From positions 60,385-124,384 of the forward strand of contig CAZDDU010000002.1 in the NCBI GenBank assembly GCA_964504255.1: 64,000 nt of DNA. Reading direction: 5' to 3'. Of this stretch, positions 9,171-17,842 are shown in pieces. Both the position numbers and the translations under genes were made by a program. This stretch comes from an uncultured Candidatus Saccharibacteria bacterium. Its GTDB lineage: Bacteria > Patescibacteriota > Minisyncoccia > Phycocordibacterales > Zambryskibacteraceae. The notes under the pieces are model-generated. The model was not told the origin of the DNA. It ran no database searches and saw only the letters and a program-made list of their open reading frames with translations. The stretch's first letter is position 1, and every line of letters begins with the position of its first letter.

Positions 9171-9403
9171 CAGATGAGGCGCTGGCTCGAAGTCCTTTTT
9201 CCCTTTTTCGGACAGGTCGGGCAACTGAGCCAGAACATCCCCAGGGCATGAAGCTCGTCATTCATGTCCTCGATCACCATCACGCTTCTGCAGCACTTGC
9301 AGAGAGCCGGCTTCCGTTTGATCTCCTCACGCGAGGTGTTGACCGAGACATTCGGTACTCCACAAAGACCGCGAGAGTGATCGACCTTCGTTTTTGTGCT
9401 CAT
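9170..9403 (-). CDS. Small zinc-ribbon-like protein (ORFan cassette)
   Basis: 77 aa with CKCC...CPTC; GAGGAG SD 6 nt upstream; TTGACT-17-TATTTT at 9449-9477. Confidence 0.7.
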   Translation of the reverse strand: MSTKTKVDHSRGLCGVPNVSVNTSREEIKRKPALCKCCRSVMVIEDMNDELHALGMFWLSCPTCPKKGKRTSSQRLI

Positions 9404-9480
9404 TTGGAACTCCTCACTGTGGATGGAGAACTGCTTGATTCTGCCAGCAAAATACTACACTAAACACATTAAGTCAAATG

Positions 9481-9503
9481 AAAATCCCGCCTTGCGAGCG
9501 GGA
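9481..9503 (-). terminator. rpmA terminator
   Basis: tcccgc...gcggga hairpin with T-tract on minus strand. Confidence 0.65.
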
Positions 9504-9509
9504 CTTCCT

Positions 9510-9782
9510 TTACATTACATTCATTACCTTTTTCTTCAGCACAGTGTTGTCGAAATGGGTCTTCCTCTTGTAGGTGAGAGTGACCTTACCATCCTTAAGT
9601 GCAAAGAGAGTGTGATCCTTGCCTATACCAACATTCTTACCAGGGAGGACATCTGTACCTCTCTGACGCACGAGGATCTGGCCCAACTTGGTAGTGGTGC
9701 CGTGGTTAACCTTAATACCTAGGTATTTTGGATTACTATCTCGCCCGTTTTTCGTTGTTCCACCAGACTTTTTTGTTGCCAT
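9510..9782 (-). CDS. rpmA: 50S ribosomal protein L27
   Basis: [22 protein letters not shown]...ILVRQRGT. Confidence 0.98.
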   Translation of the reverse strand: MATKKSGGTTKNGRDSNPKYLGIKVNHGTTTKLGQILVRQRGTDVLPGKNVGIGKDHTLFALKDGKVTLTYKRKTHFDNTVLKKKVMNVM

Positions 9783-9800
9783 AGACTATAATTTAACTCA

Positions 9801-10181
9801 GTGAGTATACCCGAAGTCTTCCATTTTGACAATAGGGGAGAGGTAGTAGAAAAAAGCCCTATAAAGCCCTATTTTCTGGCTATAGTTATCATCCTGGTCT
9901 CCATCTTGTCCTTTGGGGTAGGTAGGCTGACCACCACTCAAAGAGAGGGAGTTAAGATCAATTTTGACCAGAGTTTGCTACAAAGCCCTGCCTCTACTGC
10001 AAATGTAGCAAGTGCTGTATCGGTACAGCCAGGTAAGATAAGCGCGTCGGTTAATGGCACTAGATACTACTACCCACACTGCAAGAGCACCGTCTCCGAG
10101 AAGAATAAAATATATTTCGACACTGCTGCCGAGGCTGAGGCCTCTGGTTACACCTTGGCACTCAGCTGCAAACCCAAATAG
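9801..10181 (+). CDS. Membrane-anchored protein with C-terminal Ada-like metal-binding domain
   Basis: TM helix then ASVNGTRYYYPHC...IYFDTAAEAEASGYTLALSC. Confidence 0.7.
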   Translation: MSIPEVFHFDNRGEVVEKSPIKPYFLAIVIILVSILSFGVGRLTTTQREGVKINFDQSLLQSPASTANVASAVSVQPGKISASVNGTRYYYPHCKSTVSEKNKIYFDTAAEAEASGYTLALSCKPK

Positions 10182-10218
10182 GCTCGACTTTAAGCCAAAA
10201 AATGAGACAATAGAGTAA

Positions 10219-11499
10219 ATGAAGACCTTTGGGGAAAGAGTTGAGCACTTTGGGCGATCCATTTCTCTTGGATGGTTCTTGGCATATAGGCAAGTAAGAC
10301 GATCGAGCTTTGCTACTACGGCACTTATAGTCTTTGTGATGACTCTGACATTCCTCAACCTTGTTGTGGTGAGAGGGGTACTTGTGGGGTTGATACAGGG
10401 TTCTACGAATATCTATAAAGATAATTACGCTGGTGACATTATTATCACTAAATTACCAAAGAAGAATTATATAGAGCACAGTCAGGGTATTATCAGCAAT
10501 TTGGAGAGCCTTCCAGGTATAAGGGCATATACCTATCGCTATGCAGAGGGAGGGGAGATTGAAGCAAAGTACAAGGAGAAGGTTCGTCAGACAGATGATG
10601 CTAATTCTGCTGGGACCACTATTGTCGGTCTCGATCCGGATCGGGAGAATTCGGTCACACAAATTTCAAAGTTTATTATCGAAGGACGTTTTCTGAACTC
10701 AGATGATGTGGACGGTATAGTTCTTGGGTCAAGCTTACTCAAGAAGTATTTAAATATTGAGTCTCCAAATATTTCCTTGCTTGAAGACGTGGAGATCGGT
10801 GACAAGATCAGGGTTAGCATAGGAGGATTCCGTAAGGAATTTATTGTTCTTGGATTCTTGAAGAGCAAGACTGATGAAATAGATTTCAAGGCATTTATTG
10901 TAGAGTCTACAATGCGAGCTCTTGTGGGTCGCGGAGATTACAATGTTGATGAAATATCGGTAGTTCTCGAGCCGGGCTTGGATATGAATTTGATGAAAGA
11001 GAGTATCTTGCGTACTGGAGCAGGGGATTATGCAAGAGTGCTTACATGGGAGGAGTCATTGCCGAAATTTTTGTTAGATATTCAAAACACCTTTAGCATT
11101 CTAGGTAATGCCATAGGTTCAATCGGTTTGGTTGTTGCATCTATAACCATTTTTATCGTTATCTTCATCAATGCCATTACAAGAAGGAAGTACATTGGGA
11201 TACTTAAAGGTATTGGTGTTGATTCGAGTGCTATAGAGATGGCATATGTAATGCAGGCGATATTCTATGCCTTATTCGGCATAGCAGCTGGTCTCACTAT
11301 ACTTTATGGATTCCTGGTTCCATTCATTGATGCACATCCAATCAAATTCCCATTCTCTGATGGTATCTTGGTGGCAGAACTTGGTTCAACAATGATTCGA
11401 GCGCTGTTGCTTCTCATCGCGACGATTATTGCCGGATTCATCCCAGCCCGCTTGGTTGTTAAACAAAATACATTAGACGCTATTTTAGGCAAAACATAA
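10219..11499 (+). CDS. ABC transporter permease (MacB/LolE/FtsX-like)
   Basis: N-terminal TM, large extracytoplasmic domain, RRKYIGILKGIG motif, three C-terminal TMs. Confidence 0.88.
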   Translation: MKTFGERVEHFGRSISLGWFLAYRQVRRSSFATTALIVFVMTLTFLNLVVVRGVLVGLIQGSTNIYKDNYAGDIIITKLPKKNYIEHSQGIISNLESLPGIRAYTYRYAEGGEIEAKYKEKVRQTDDANSAGTTIVGLDPDRENSVTQISKFIIEGRFLNSDDVDGIVLGSSLLKKYLNIESPNISLLEDVEIGDKIRVSIGGFRKEFIVLGFLKSKTDEIDFKAFIVESTMRALVGRGDYNVDEISVVLEPGLDMNLMKESILRTGAGDYARVLTWEESLPKFLLDIQNTFSILGNAIGSIGLVVASITIFIVIFINAITRRKYIGILKGIGVDSSAIEMAYVMQAIFYALFGIAAGLTILYGFLVPFIDAHPIKFPFSDGILVAELGSTMIRALLLLIATIIAGFIPARLVVKQNTLDAILGKT

Positions 11500-12194
11500 T
11501 GATCGAAGCAAAGTCATTAATTAAAAAGTTTAAGAGCGGAGATGATTTTATCTATGCTATTAGGGATGTCTCATTTAAGGTAGAGAGTGGGGAGTTCGTG
11601 GCTATTACAGGCAGATCTGGCTCGGGCAAAAGTACTCTTATGTACCAACTAGGTCTCCTCGATCACCCTAGTGATGGGCGGATCATTATAGATGGCCAGG
11701 ATATCACCGACCTCTCGGAGAAGGCTCGAACATCTCTGAGGTTGAACTCCTTGGGTTACATCTTTCAAGATTACGCCCTAATACCTGAACTTACTGCGTT
11801 TGAGAATGTTCTTATACCACTTATGATGCAGGGTCTCACAAACGAACAAGCAAAGAAGAAGGCTATTAAGTCTCTGGAAAGAATTGGACTAGGAGATAGA
11901 CTAGATCACTTGCCATCAATGCTCTCGGGTGGCCAACAACAAAGAGTCTCTATTGCGAGAGCTATAGCACATGAGCCAAAAATTATATTTGCTGATGAGC
12001 CAACAGCGAACCTAGATTCAGAGTCATCAAAATTAGTTTTAGAGAACTTTAAGGAGTTAAATAAAGAAGGACAAACAATTTTGATGGTGACTCATGAACC
12101 AGAATATGCGAAAATGACTGACAGAGTCATCACACTCTCCGACGGTAAGATCTTAAGCGATGAAAAACACAGACACCATCATGCAAAAAATTAA
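11499..12194 (+). CDS. ABC transporter ATP-binding protein (LolD/MacB-like)
   Basis: GRSGSGKST, LSGGQQQRV, FADEPTANLD, VTHE. Confidence 0.95.
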   Translation: MIEAKSLIKKFKSGDDFIYAIRDVSFKVESGEFVAITGRSGSGKSTLMYQLGLLDHPSDGRIIIDGQDITDLSEKARTSLRLNSLGYIFQDYALIPELTAFENVLIPLMMQGLTNEQAKKKAIKSLERIGLGDRLDHLPSMLSGGQQQRVSIARAIAHEPKIIFADEPTANLDSESSKLVLENFKELNKEGQTILMVTHEPEYAKMTDRVITLSDGKILSDEKHRHHHAKN

Positions 12195-13692
12195 ATCATT
12201 TATAAAAACAAGAACTAAACTTCAAATAAGCATCTTTGTTCTTGTAATCATTATCGGATTCTTCTTGTTTACAGGAGGTGACAAGCCAAAGACCGAGTCT
12301 ATGGTCGAGAGGGGGGTGGTGGAGCAAGAAGTGGTAGCTACAGGTAAGGTGCGCTCTGCGAGCGAGGTAGACCTAGGCTTCGAGAGAAGTGGCAAGGTGG
12401 TAAGAGTAAACGCCAAGGTGGGTGACATGGTAGAAGAGGGTGCAACTCTCGTTGTACTCGACCAGAGTGACCTCTTAGCCGACATCAAGAAGGCTAATGC
12501 CTCCCTCAGCGAGGCACTTATCAATCTCGAGAAGGCTAAAAGAACGTCTTCCTCTGACTACTCCAATGCCTACAACAAGCTCTATATAGCTCTAACTGAC
12601 GCATATACGGACGCTAGAGACTCAGTGCTAAACACCGCTGACCGCTTCTTCTGGTCTCCTAAGAGTTCGTCCCCCAAACTCGAGATCAGTCATGTATCAA
12701 ATGGTAATGACATAAAGTTTTATATTGATGACACATTGGCAAGGAACATTAGTGTCGAGAGAGGTGCTTTAAACGATGTGTTTGCTGCATGGGACTTGTC
12801 TATAAGCGGCGCGAAGACTAGCACAAACGGGTTGGATGACGAACTTGCACTAACAGAGAAGAATATTGATAGAGTGAAGAATTTCTTGGCGGACCTTTCT
12901 TACATTCTCAACACAATCAAAGGTTATGATCAGTCGTATGAAAGTATTATTGCAGGCTATAAGTCCTCGATGACTACTGCACGCACTGCGCTCAACACCT
13001 CGCTCTCCGAACTCTTAACAGCTAAGTCGAGCTACTTGGATGCGCCAAACGAAGTATCGTCTGGATCTGGCTTTGATGATGTGCTCCAAGAGGAGTCAAG
13101 AGTGGAGGCGACTAGGGCTGATGTAGAATCCTTGCAGTCTGAGCTAAGCAAGACAGTGCTCAAGTCTCCAATTTCTGGTGTAATAACCAAGCAGGATGCT
13201 AAGGTGGGGGAGATAGTGACATCGGGCATGCAGACCACCTCAGTTGTGGCCGACAAGAACCTAGAAATAGTTGCCGATATATCGGAGGTGAACATTGGCA
13301 AGATAGAAGCAAGTAACACTGTGAAGATCTCTCTAGATGCCTTTCCTGGCGAGACAATACTAGGTAGGGTGCTTTATGTTGAACCAGGAGACAAGTTGGT
13401 AGATGGCGTGGTGAACTATGAGGTTCGAGTAGTCTTCGTTGGTGCTACACCAGAGAACATAAAGACAGGTTTAACATCTAGTTTGGCTATCAGCACCGAG
13501 AGGAAGGAGGATGTGCTCCGTATCCCTTCCTTCGCTGTTGAAAGGAGATCTGGTAAGAGGTTTGTGATCGTTAAGGGCAATGAGGGCGAGGAAGAGAGAG
13601 AAATACAGGTCGGAATCCTGGGTAAGGACGGCTTCGTAGAGGTCATAGAAGGACTTTCGGATGGTGAGATAGTACTCAGTGCCCAAAAGTAA
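12160..13692 (+). CDS. Efflux membrane-fusion adaptor (MacA/HlyD-like)
   Basis: TM anchor, lipoyl halves (SGKVVRVNAKVGDMV; LKSPISGVI), long coiled hairpin; start may be 12181. Confidence 0.88.
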   Translation: MKNTDTIMQKIKSFIKTRTKLQISIFVLVIIIGFFLFTGGDKPKTESMVERGVVEQEVVATGKVRSASEVDLGFERSGKVVRVNAKVGDMVEEGATLVVLDQSDLLADIKKANASLSEALINLEKAKRTSSSDYSNAYNKLYIALTDAYTDARDSVLNTADRFFWSPKSSSPKLEISHVSNGNDIKFYIDDTLARNISVERGALNDVFAAWDLSISGAKTSTNGLDDELALTEKNIDRVKNFLADLSYILNTIKGYDQSYESIIAGYKSSMTTARTALNTSLSELLTAKSSYLDAPNEVSSGSGFDDVLQEESRVEATRADVESLQSELSKTVLKSPISGVITKQDAKVGEIVTSGMQTTSVVADKNLEIVADISEVNIGKIEASNTVKISLDAFPGETILGRVLYVEPGDKLVDGVVNYEVRVVFVGATPENIKTGLTSSLAISTERKEDVLRIPSFAVERRSGKRFVIVKGNEGEEEREIQVGILGKDGFVEVIEGLSDGEIVLSAQK

Positions 13693-13810
13693 GGTAGAGG
13701 TGGGGGACAGACTCTCCTGTTTGACGAAATGCTACTAAACTAGCCTAGTACTTAGAACCAAAATATGGCTTTATTGTGCCACGATATACCAAATTACACC
13801 ATAAAAACCA

Positions 13811-13904
13811 TTGACAAGCGAGTCAAAAGGTGCTAGTATATACCCAATCAGCCAGTGCGCTGATTTTCGTTTCTAAAGGGCAATGGTAAGTCACAGACCC
13901 TTTA
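13811..13904 (+). promoter_or_regulatory. Promoter and structured 5' leader of lytic transglycosylase gene
   Basis: TTGACA-17-TAGTAT (13811-13839); hairpins aatcagc/gctgatt (13846-13865) and taaaggg/cccttta (13874-13904). Confidence 0.6.
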
Positions 13905-13926
13905 CTTAACAGTTTAACCTTCAGTT

Positions 13927-14430
13927 ATTTTACAGCTCGCATCGCTTAGTCTCGCCCTTGCTCTATCGGGTCAGCCTACTCCTACTATGCTCCACAAGGT
14001 CAGTCCGATCTCGGAGATACACAGAGTGGCCTCAACAGACCCCAAAGAGATAAAGTCCGAAGACTATATGCCGATTACGGATCCTGCCAATGTGGAGCGA
14101 TTCATCGAAGATTATTTCTCCGATATTCCTGAACTCAAGAAGATTGCCTTCTGTGAGTCATCCTTCCGCCACTTCGAAAAGAATGGTGAGCCAAGGAGAG
14201 GAAGAGTAAATCGTTACGACGTTGGTGTGATGCAGATCAATGAGATGTATCATGCCAAGGAGGCAAGCGCACTTGGTCTCGACCTAGAGACTATCGACGG
14301 TAACGTGGCCTTCGCCCGACACCTCTATGAGAGGGAGGGGAGTAGACCATGGAACTCGTCATCCCCTTGTTGGGACAAGTCCGAGGATCTCGCAATCAAC
14401 ACTACTTCAAAGAACTTAGCTAAAAACTAA
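13927..14430 (+). CDS. SLT/lysozyme-like lytic transglycosylase, probably secreted
   Basis: IAFCESS catalytic Glu, DVGVMQIN, PWNSS; signal-peptide-like in-frame extension from ATT 13927 (ORF track start 13987). Confidence 0.8.
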   Translation: MLQLASLSLALALSGQPTPTMLHKVSPISEIHRVASTDPKEIKSEDYMPITDPANVERFIEDYFSDIPELKKIAFCESSFRHFEKNGEPRRGRVNRYDVGVMQINEMYHAKEASALGLDLETIDGNVAFARHLYEREGSRPWNSSSPCWDKSEDLAINTTSKNLAKN

Positions 14431-14443
14431 TCTCTAAGAAGTC

Positions 14444-14473
14444 ACAAACCCCCACAGCAATGTGGGGGTTTGT
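14444..14473. terminator. Perfect 13-bp hairpin terminator
   Basis: acaaacccccaca-gcaa-tgtgggggtttgt between convergent genes. Confidence 0.8.
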
Positions 14474-14504
14474 TGTTATAAAAAACTGCACATAATTAGT
14501 GCAG

Positions 14505-14765
14505 TCATTCATTCACTAGAGCACTTATTTCATCGCAGGCACTCTTCCAGATTGCTTCCGACGATGGGTCCAGAAGAGTATCATCAGGGAGATTACGCCT
14601 CTTCGCATCAGTCATTCCCTTCATTTGGTTTTCACTGTTCATAGTATCGATTACGGCTTTGAGAAAAAGTTCGGCCGCAGTGCCCCTATTTTTACCCTTG
14701 TGGCAGTATAGGGAAGAGGCCACATCTCTAAGTTCCTTAGTGAACTCCTTGTAGGTCATCGGCAT
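14505..14765 (-). CDS. Hypothetical protein, 86 aa (ORFan cassette)
   Basis: GGAG SD 6 nt upstream, TATAAT at 14824-14829, hairpin actgcac/gtgcagt plus T-tract at the stop. Confidence 0.7.
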   Translation of the reverse strand: MPMTYKEFTKELRDVASSLYCHKGKNRGTAAELFLKAVIDTMNSENQMKGMTDAKRRNLPDDTLLDPSSEAIWKSACDEISALVNE

Positions 14766-14939
14766 TTTGATCTCCAGAGATGCGAGGTGTGTAGTGACTA
14801 GAATAAAGAGCTTGTATAAAACTATTATAACTTAATCCATGTGTTCGAATACATTCTTCATAGGGGAGTAGGCTTTATTAAGGTTTGTTCCTAGGCTATA
14901 TGCGTCGCACAATGTATCTTTTGCGACACTACTATAGGG

Positions 14940-16172
14940 CTAGAGGGTCTCCCCCATGGATGGAATATTTAAAAGCCGTCTTGGTCTTATGTCCCTCACT
15001 CTCATTGATCCTAGGCTCGACGCCAAGGCCATGGTTCTGCTCCCGTATCTCCTATCGAGGCCGTCTGTAATTTCAAAAATATTTTTCCAAATACTTTTCT
15101 TCTCGCTTTCTCCAAACAAATCCTCTTGGATTAGATCCTCAGGTACCAAATTGGCCAAAGTGACCCCAGTTGCCCTATATAGGGTCTCTTCGTCATATAT
15201 AGTGTCAAAGACCTTAAGAACCTCGTTCATTATGAGCGTTGGTGAGCTTGTGGCTTGTGCTAGTTGCATATCGATTCGTTTGTATCTAAATTCCTTGGTT
15301 TTGAGGAAGATATAGATGTGTTTGCTTGTAAGACTTAGTTGTCTTGCATGTGCAGAAGCTCTTTCTGCATTTCTAGAGAGTTCAGAGAGCAAGAACTTCT
15401 TATCTCTTGATGCTTTGCCGAAGGACTTAGTAGATTGAACACTCTTCTGATCATTTGTAGAAGTGTCGCTCGAGTGTAGTTGATGTACCTGAGTACCACG
15501 GAGTTCGTGCCAAGTCTCGAGAATCGGTCTAGAGAAATTTGATGATATATAACTCATAGGCCTTGATACAAAGTCGTGTGCAGTCCTTATGTTGTGGCGG
15601 TTAAGTTCTATAGTGCTCGACGGACCGATACCCCAGACACTGCCTATTTGGAGCTTCTGCAAGATCGTCTCAATGTTGTTCTTATCTATAATTGTTAGAC
15701 CATCAGGCTTCTCCCACTTGCTAGCTACTTTGGCCAAGACCTTCGTCTCTCCAAGTCCGATGCTAAATGTCATGCCGAGTTCTTTCCTTAAATCTTTCCT
15801 TATGGACTCTGCGATGCTTTTGTAGGTCGTGCCAGGCTTCTCAAGATGAGTGATATCAGCGAAGCATTCGTCTATAGAGTATTCCTCGACTATATCGGTG
15901 TAACGTCGCACAATATTGTACATCCTTTGAGCGAACATGCCATATATGTGATAGTGCGACTCGACTATAAGAGCTGTCGGATATAGCTTCCTAATCATGA
16001 ATACGGGCATACCCCGACTAACTCCTAAAGCCTTCGCCTCCTTGCTCATGGCAGTGGCTATCCCCCGCTCGTGGCCTGTCACCACTGGTTTGCCTTTAAG
16101 TTTGGGGTTCAGTGCTACCTCACACGAGGCGAAGAAGGAGTCCCCATCTATGTGTAGTATCGCTCTTCTCAT
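14940..16172 (-). CDS. dinB: Y-family translesion DNA polymerase (DinB/UmuC)
   Basis: LHIDGDSFFASCE, YSIDECF, LAKVAS...KPDG, VWGIG. Confidence 0.92.
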   Translation of the reverse strand: MRRAILHIDGDSFFASCEVALNPKLKGKPVVTGHERGIATAMSKEAKALGVSRGMPVFMIRKLYPTALIVESHYHIYGMFAQRMYNIVRRYTDIVEEYSIDECFADITHLEKPGTTYKSIAESIRKDLRKELGMTFSIGLGETKVLAKVASKWEKPDGLTIIDKNNIETILQKLQIGSVWGIGPSSTIELNRHNIRTAHDFVSRPMSYISSNFSRPILETWHELRGTQVHQLHSSDTSTNDQKSVQSTKSFGKASRDKKFLLSELSRNAERASAHARQLSLTSKHIYIFLKTKEFRYKRIDMQLAQATSSPTLIMNEVLKVFDTIYDEETLYRATGVTLANLVPEDLIQEDLFGESEKKSIWKNIFEITDGLDRRYGSRTMALASSLGSMRVRDIRPRRLLNIPSMGETL

Positions 16173-16178
16173 TATTAA

Positions 16179-16745
16179 TTATTTCTTATATTTTCTTATC
16201 ACAGCTCTTACGACTGCGGGTATAGATAGAGACTCTTCGGGGTATATGTCATCAAACTTTTCGTTAGCGGCTTCTAAATAAACTTTTTTGTTTTTCATTC
16301 GGTAGTACTTCATGGTGTACTCGCCATCGACTTCGGCTATCACTATGTCGCCAATCTTAGGTGTCACCCCTCGCTCTACTAACACCGTGTCTCCTGGGAG
16401 TATTCCCGCATTGATCATGCTCTCACCCTTCACGGTGAGCATATATGTCGCCTCTTTTTTTTCTACGAGCCATTCATCTAGACTCATGGTGTCTAAGAGT
16501 TCTTCGGATGCCGATGTGGGGAACCCAGCTTCCACCACTCCTAGGACCATGATCTCCCCCAAGTTCTTTGGTAAGAGTCTGCCCGTATCATCTCTGTCGA
16601 TGAAGCCCTTCTTAATAAGTTTGTCTGCGAAGTAGTGCACAGCAGATTTACTCTTGTAGCCCAATAGTCTCTGAAGTTCCGAGTAACTCGGCATCCTCTT
16701 CTCCTCTCTATAAAAGTCTGCAATCTTAGCTACTTCTAATTCCAT
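16179..16745 (-). CDS. lexA: LexA repressor (winged HTH plus S24 peptidase)
   Basis: MPSYSEL HTH, EAG|FP cleavage loop, GESM catalytic Ser, TMK catalytic Lys. Confidence 0.9.
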   Translation of the reverse strand: MELEVAKIADFYREEKRMPSYSELQRLLGYKSKSAVHYFADKLIKKGFIDRDDTGRLLPKNLGEIMVLGVVEAGFPTSASEELLDTMSLDEWLVEKKEATYMLTVKGESMINAGILPGDTVLVERGVTPKIGDIVIAEVDGEYTMKYYRMKNKKVYLEAANEKFDDIYPEESLSIPAVVRAVIRKYKK

Positions 16746-16765
16746 ATCATTAGTATATCATCCAA

Positions 16766-16783
16766 TTAGAACAATCGTTCTAA
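16766..16783. promoter_or_regulatory. LexA operator, GAAC-N4-GTTC type
   Basis: Palindrome TTAGAAC-aatc-GTTCTAA 20 nt upstream of lexA ATG, next to TGnTATACT. Confidence 0.8.
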
Positions 16784-16796
16784 ACCAGTGGATAAG

Positions 16797-16819
16797 AAAA
16801 AGACCCATAAAAATGGGTC
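16797..16819 (-). terminator. Terminator of tautomerase-like cassette
   Basis: gacccat/atgggtc hairpin with T-tract on minus strand. Confidence 0.6.
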
Positions 16820-17162
16820 ATGTCTGTACTACAAGCTCACAATACGAAACTGGAGCCAGTACTATGCGGAGATGAACTCCACCAGTCTGCATCCCAGCTT
16901 CTTCCATGATACCCTTCAGCCATTCAGCGATCATATCTCGCCTTTCGTTCAGATTGACTGCACGGGTCTCACGGTGGTTGCAGGTGATATCGATGAATAT
17001 CGTAGAAAGATGTGAGACAGAGATCTGTTGCACCACGACCGTGTCCACATCCAGACTCTTCTTAACTACTGCTTCGATCTCCCGATGAACTCTTAAGGTG
17101 AGGGCCATCTTCACGTCAGGTTCAAGGAATTGATCGTTCACATAGATAGTCACGAGTGGCAT
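16818..17162 (-). CDS. Tautomerase/MIF-superfamily-like protein, 114 aa (ORFan cassette)
   Basis: Start re-called at MPLVTIYV (Pro-1 after Met removal); GAGG SD; TTGACA-17-TAGGGT at 17206-17234; beta-alpha-beta-like pattern. Confidence 0.55.
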   Translation of the reverse strand: MPLVTIYVNDQFLEPDVKMALTLRVHREIEAVVKKSLDVDTVVVQQISVSHLSTIFIDITCNHRETRAVNLNERRDMIAEWLKGIMEEAGMQTGGVHLRIVLAPVSYCELVVQT

Positions 17163-17280
17163 TGGGAGCCTCATAGGAGGGTGAAGGTTCAAAATGACTA
17201 TCCCCACCCTATCGACAAGGAGACTCATTGTCAAAGCACTTCTTTTCCTAGCCCTCCCCTAGGTAAAAAACTTAGGATAA

Positions 17281-17305
17281 GAAAAACCACCCTATCTACG
17301 GGTGG
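17281..17305 (-). terminator. Cassette terminator
   Basis: ccaccc-N7-gggtgg plus T-tract on minus strand; same stem as 17860-17886. Confidence 0.7.
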
Positions 17306-17306
17306 C

Positions 17307-17795
17307 CTAAGTATCTGGATGAAGTCTATGGAAGTTTTGCTTCGCAATCTCTCGCTTGAGAAGACTCATATGTGGCTGGAATACGAGAGTCGAGTCACTC
17401 AGTCCTTTGGTGCTACAAATTGTACATGTCAGTCGGCTGAGACCACTCGAAGTCGTATCGTCGACCACTCGGTGACCATCGTCCTCTCGAACTCTTGTGA
17501 TATCAACTTCAAGTGCTCCTTGGAGGATGAGTGGGAGTCCACCAAGATTGTGTCTGATCATCGTATCTGCCTCACCAGCAAGGACCTTGAAGTCCGCTTC
17601 CTCCTCGTCGGTGACAATCTTCACGCTGATAGAGAGCATTCTCGATTCATCGGTGGTCCTTGGGGGCCTGATGCTCGCAAGAACTCTCTCCGTTTTGAAG
17701 ACTGTCTTGATGATTATTGGCAGGCTGATGATAAGTTGCCCCAACTCTCTGTCGCTAACGAAGCGCTGGTCTCGGAAGATCTCGATCGTATTCAA
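17307..17795 (-). CDS. Fusion of a tautomerase-like domain and an H..CxxC..H domain (ORFan cassette)
   Basis: N-terminal part aligns by eye to 16818..17162, C-terminal part to 17843..18073 and 18348..18536; GAGGTG SD, TTG start; TTGACA-17-TAAAGT at 17826-17854. Confidence 0.7.
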   Translation of the reverse strand: MNTIEIFRDQRFVSDRELGQLIISLPIIIKTVFKTERVLASIRPPRTTDESRMLSISVKIVTDEEEADFKVLAGEADTMIRHNLGGLPLILQGALEVDITRVREDDGHRVVDDTTSSGLSRLTCTICSTKGLSDSTLVFQPHMSLLKREIAKQNFHRLHPDT

Positions 17796-17842
17796 AGGTC
17801 ACCTCGCGAAGGATTGTCTGGTATGACTTTACTAGTTTACAT

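Noticed and set aside
14836-14860. Second LexA box upstream of the 86-aa ORF
   Set aside because: Only partial matches (gttcgaat, gaatacattc); spacing does not fit GAAC-N4-GTTC.
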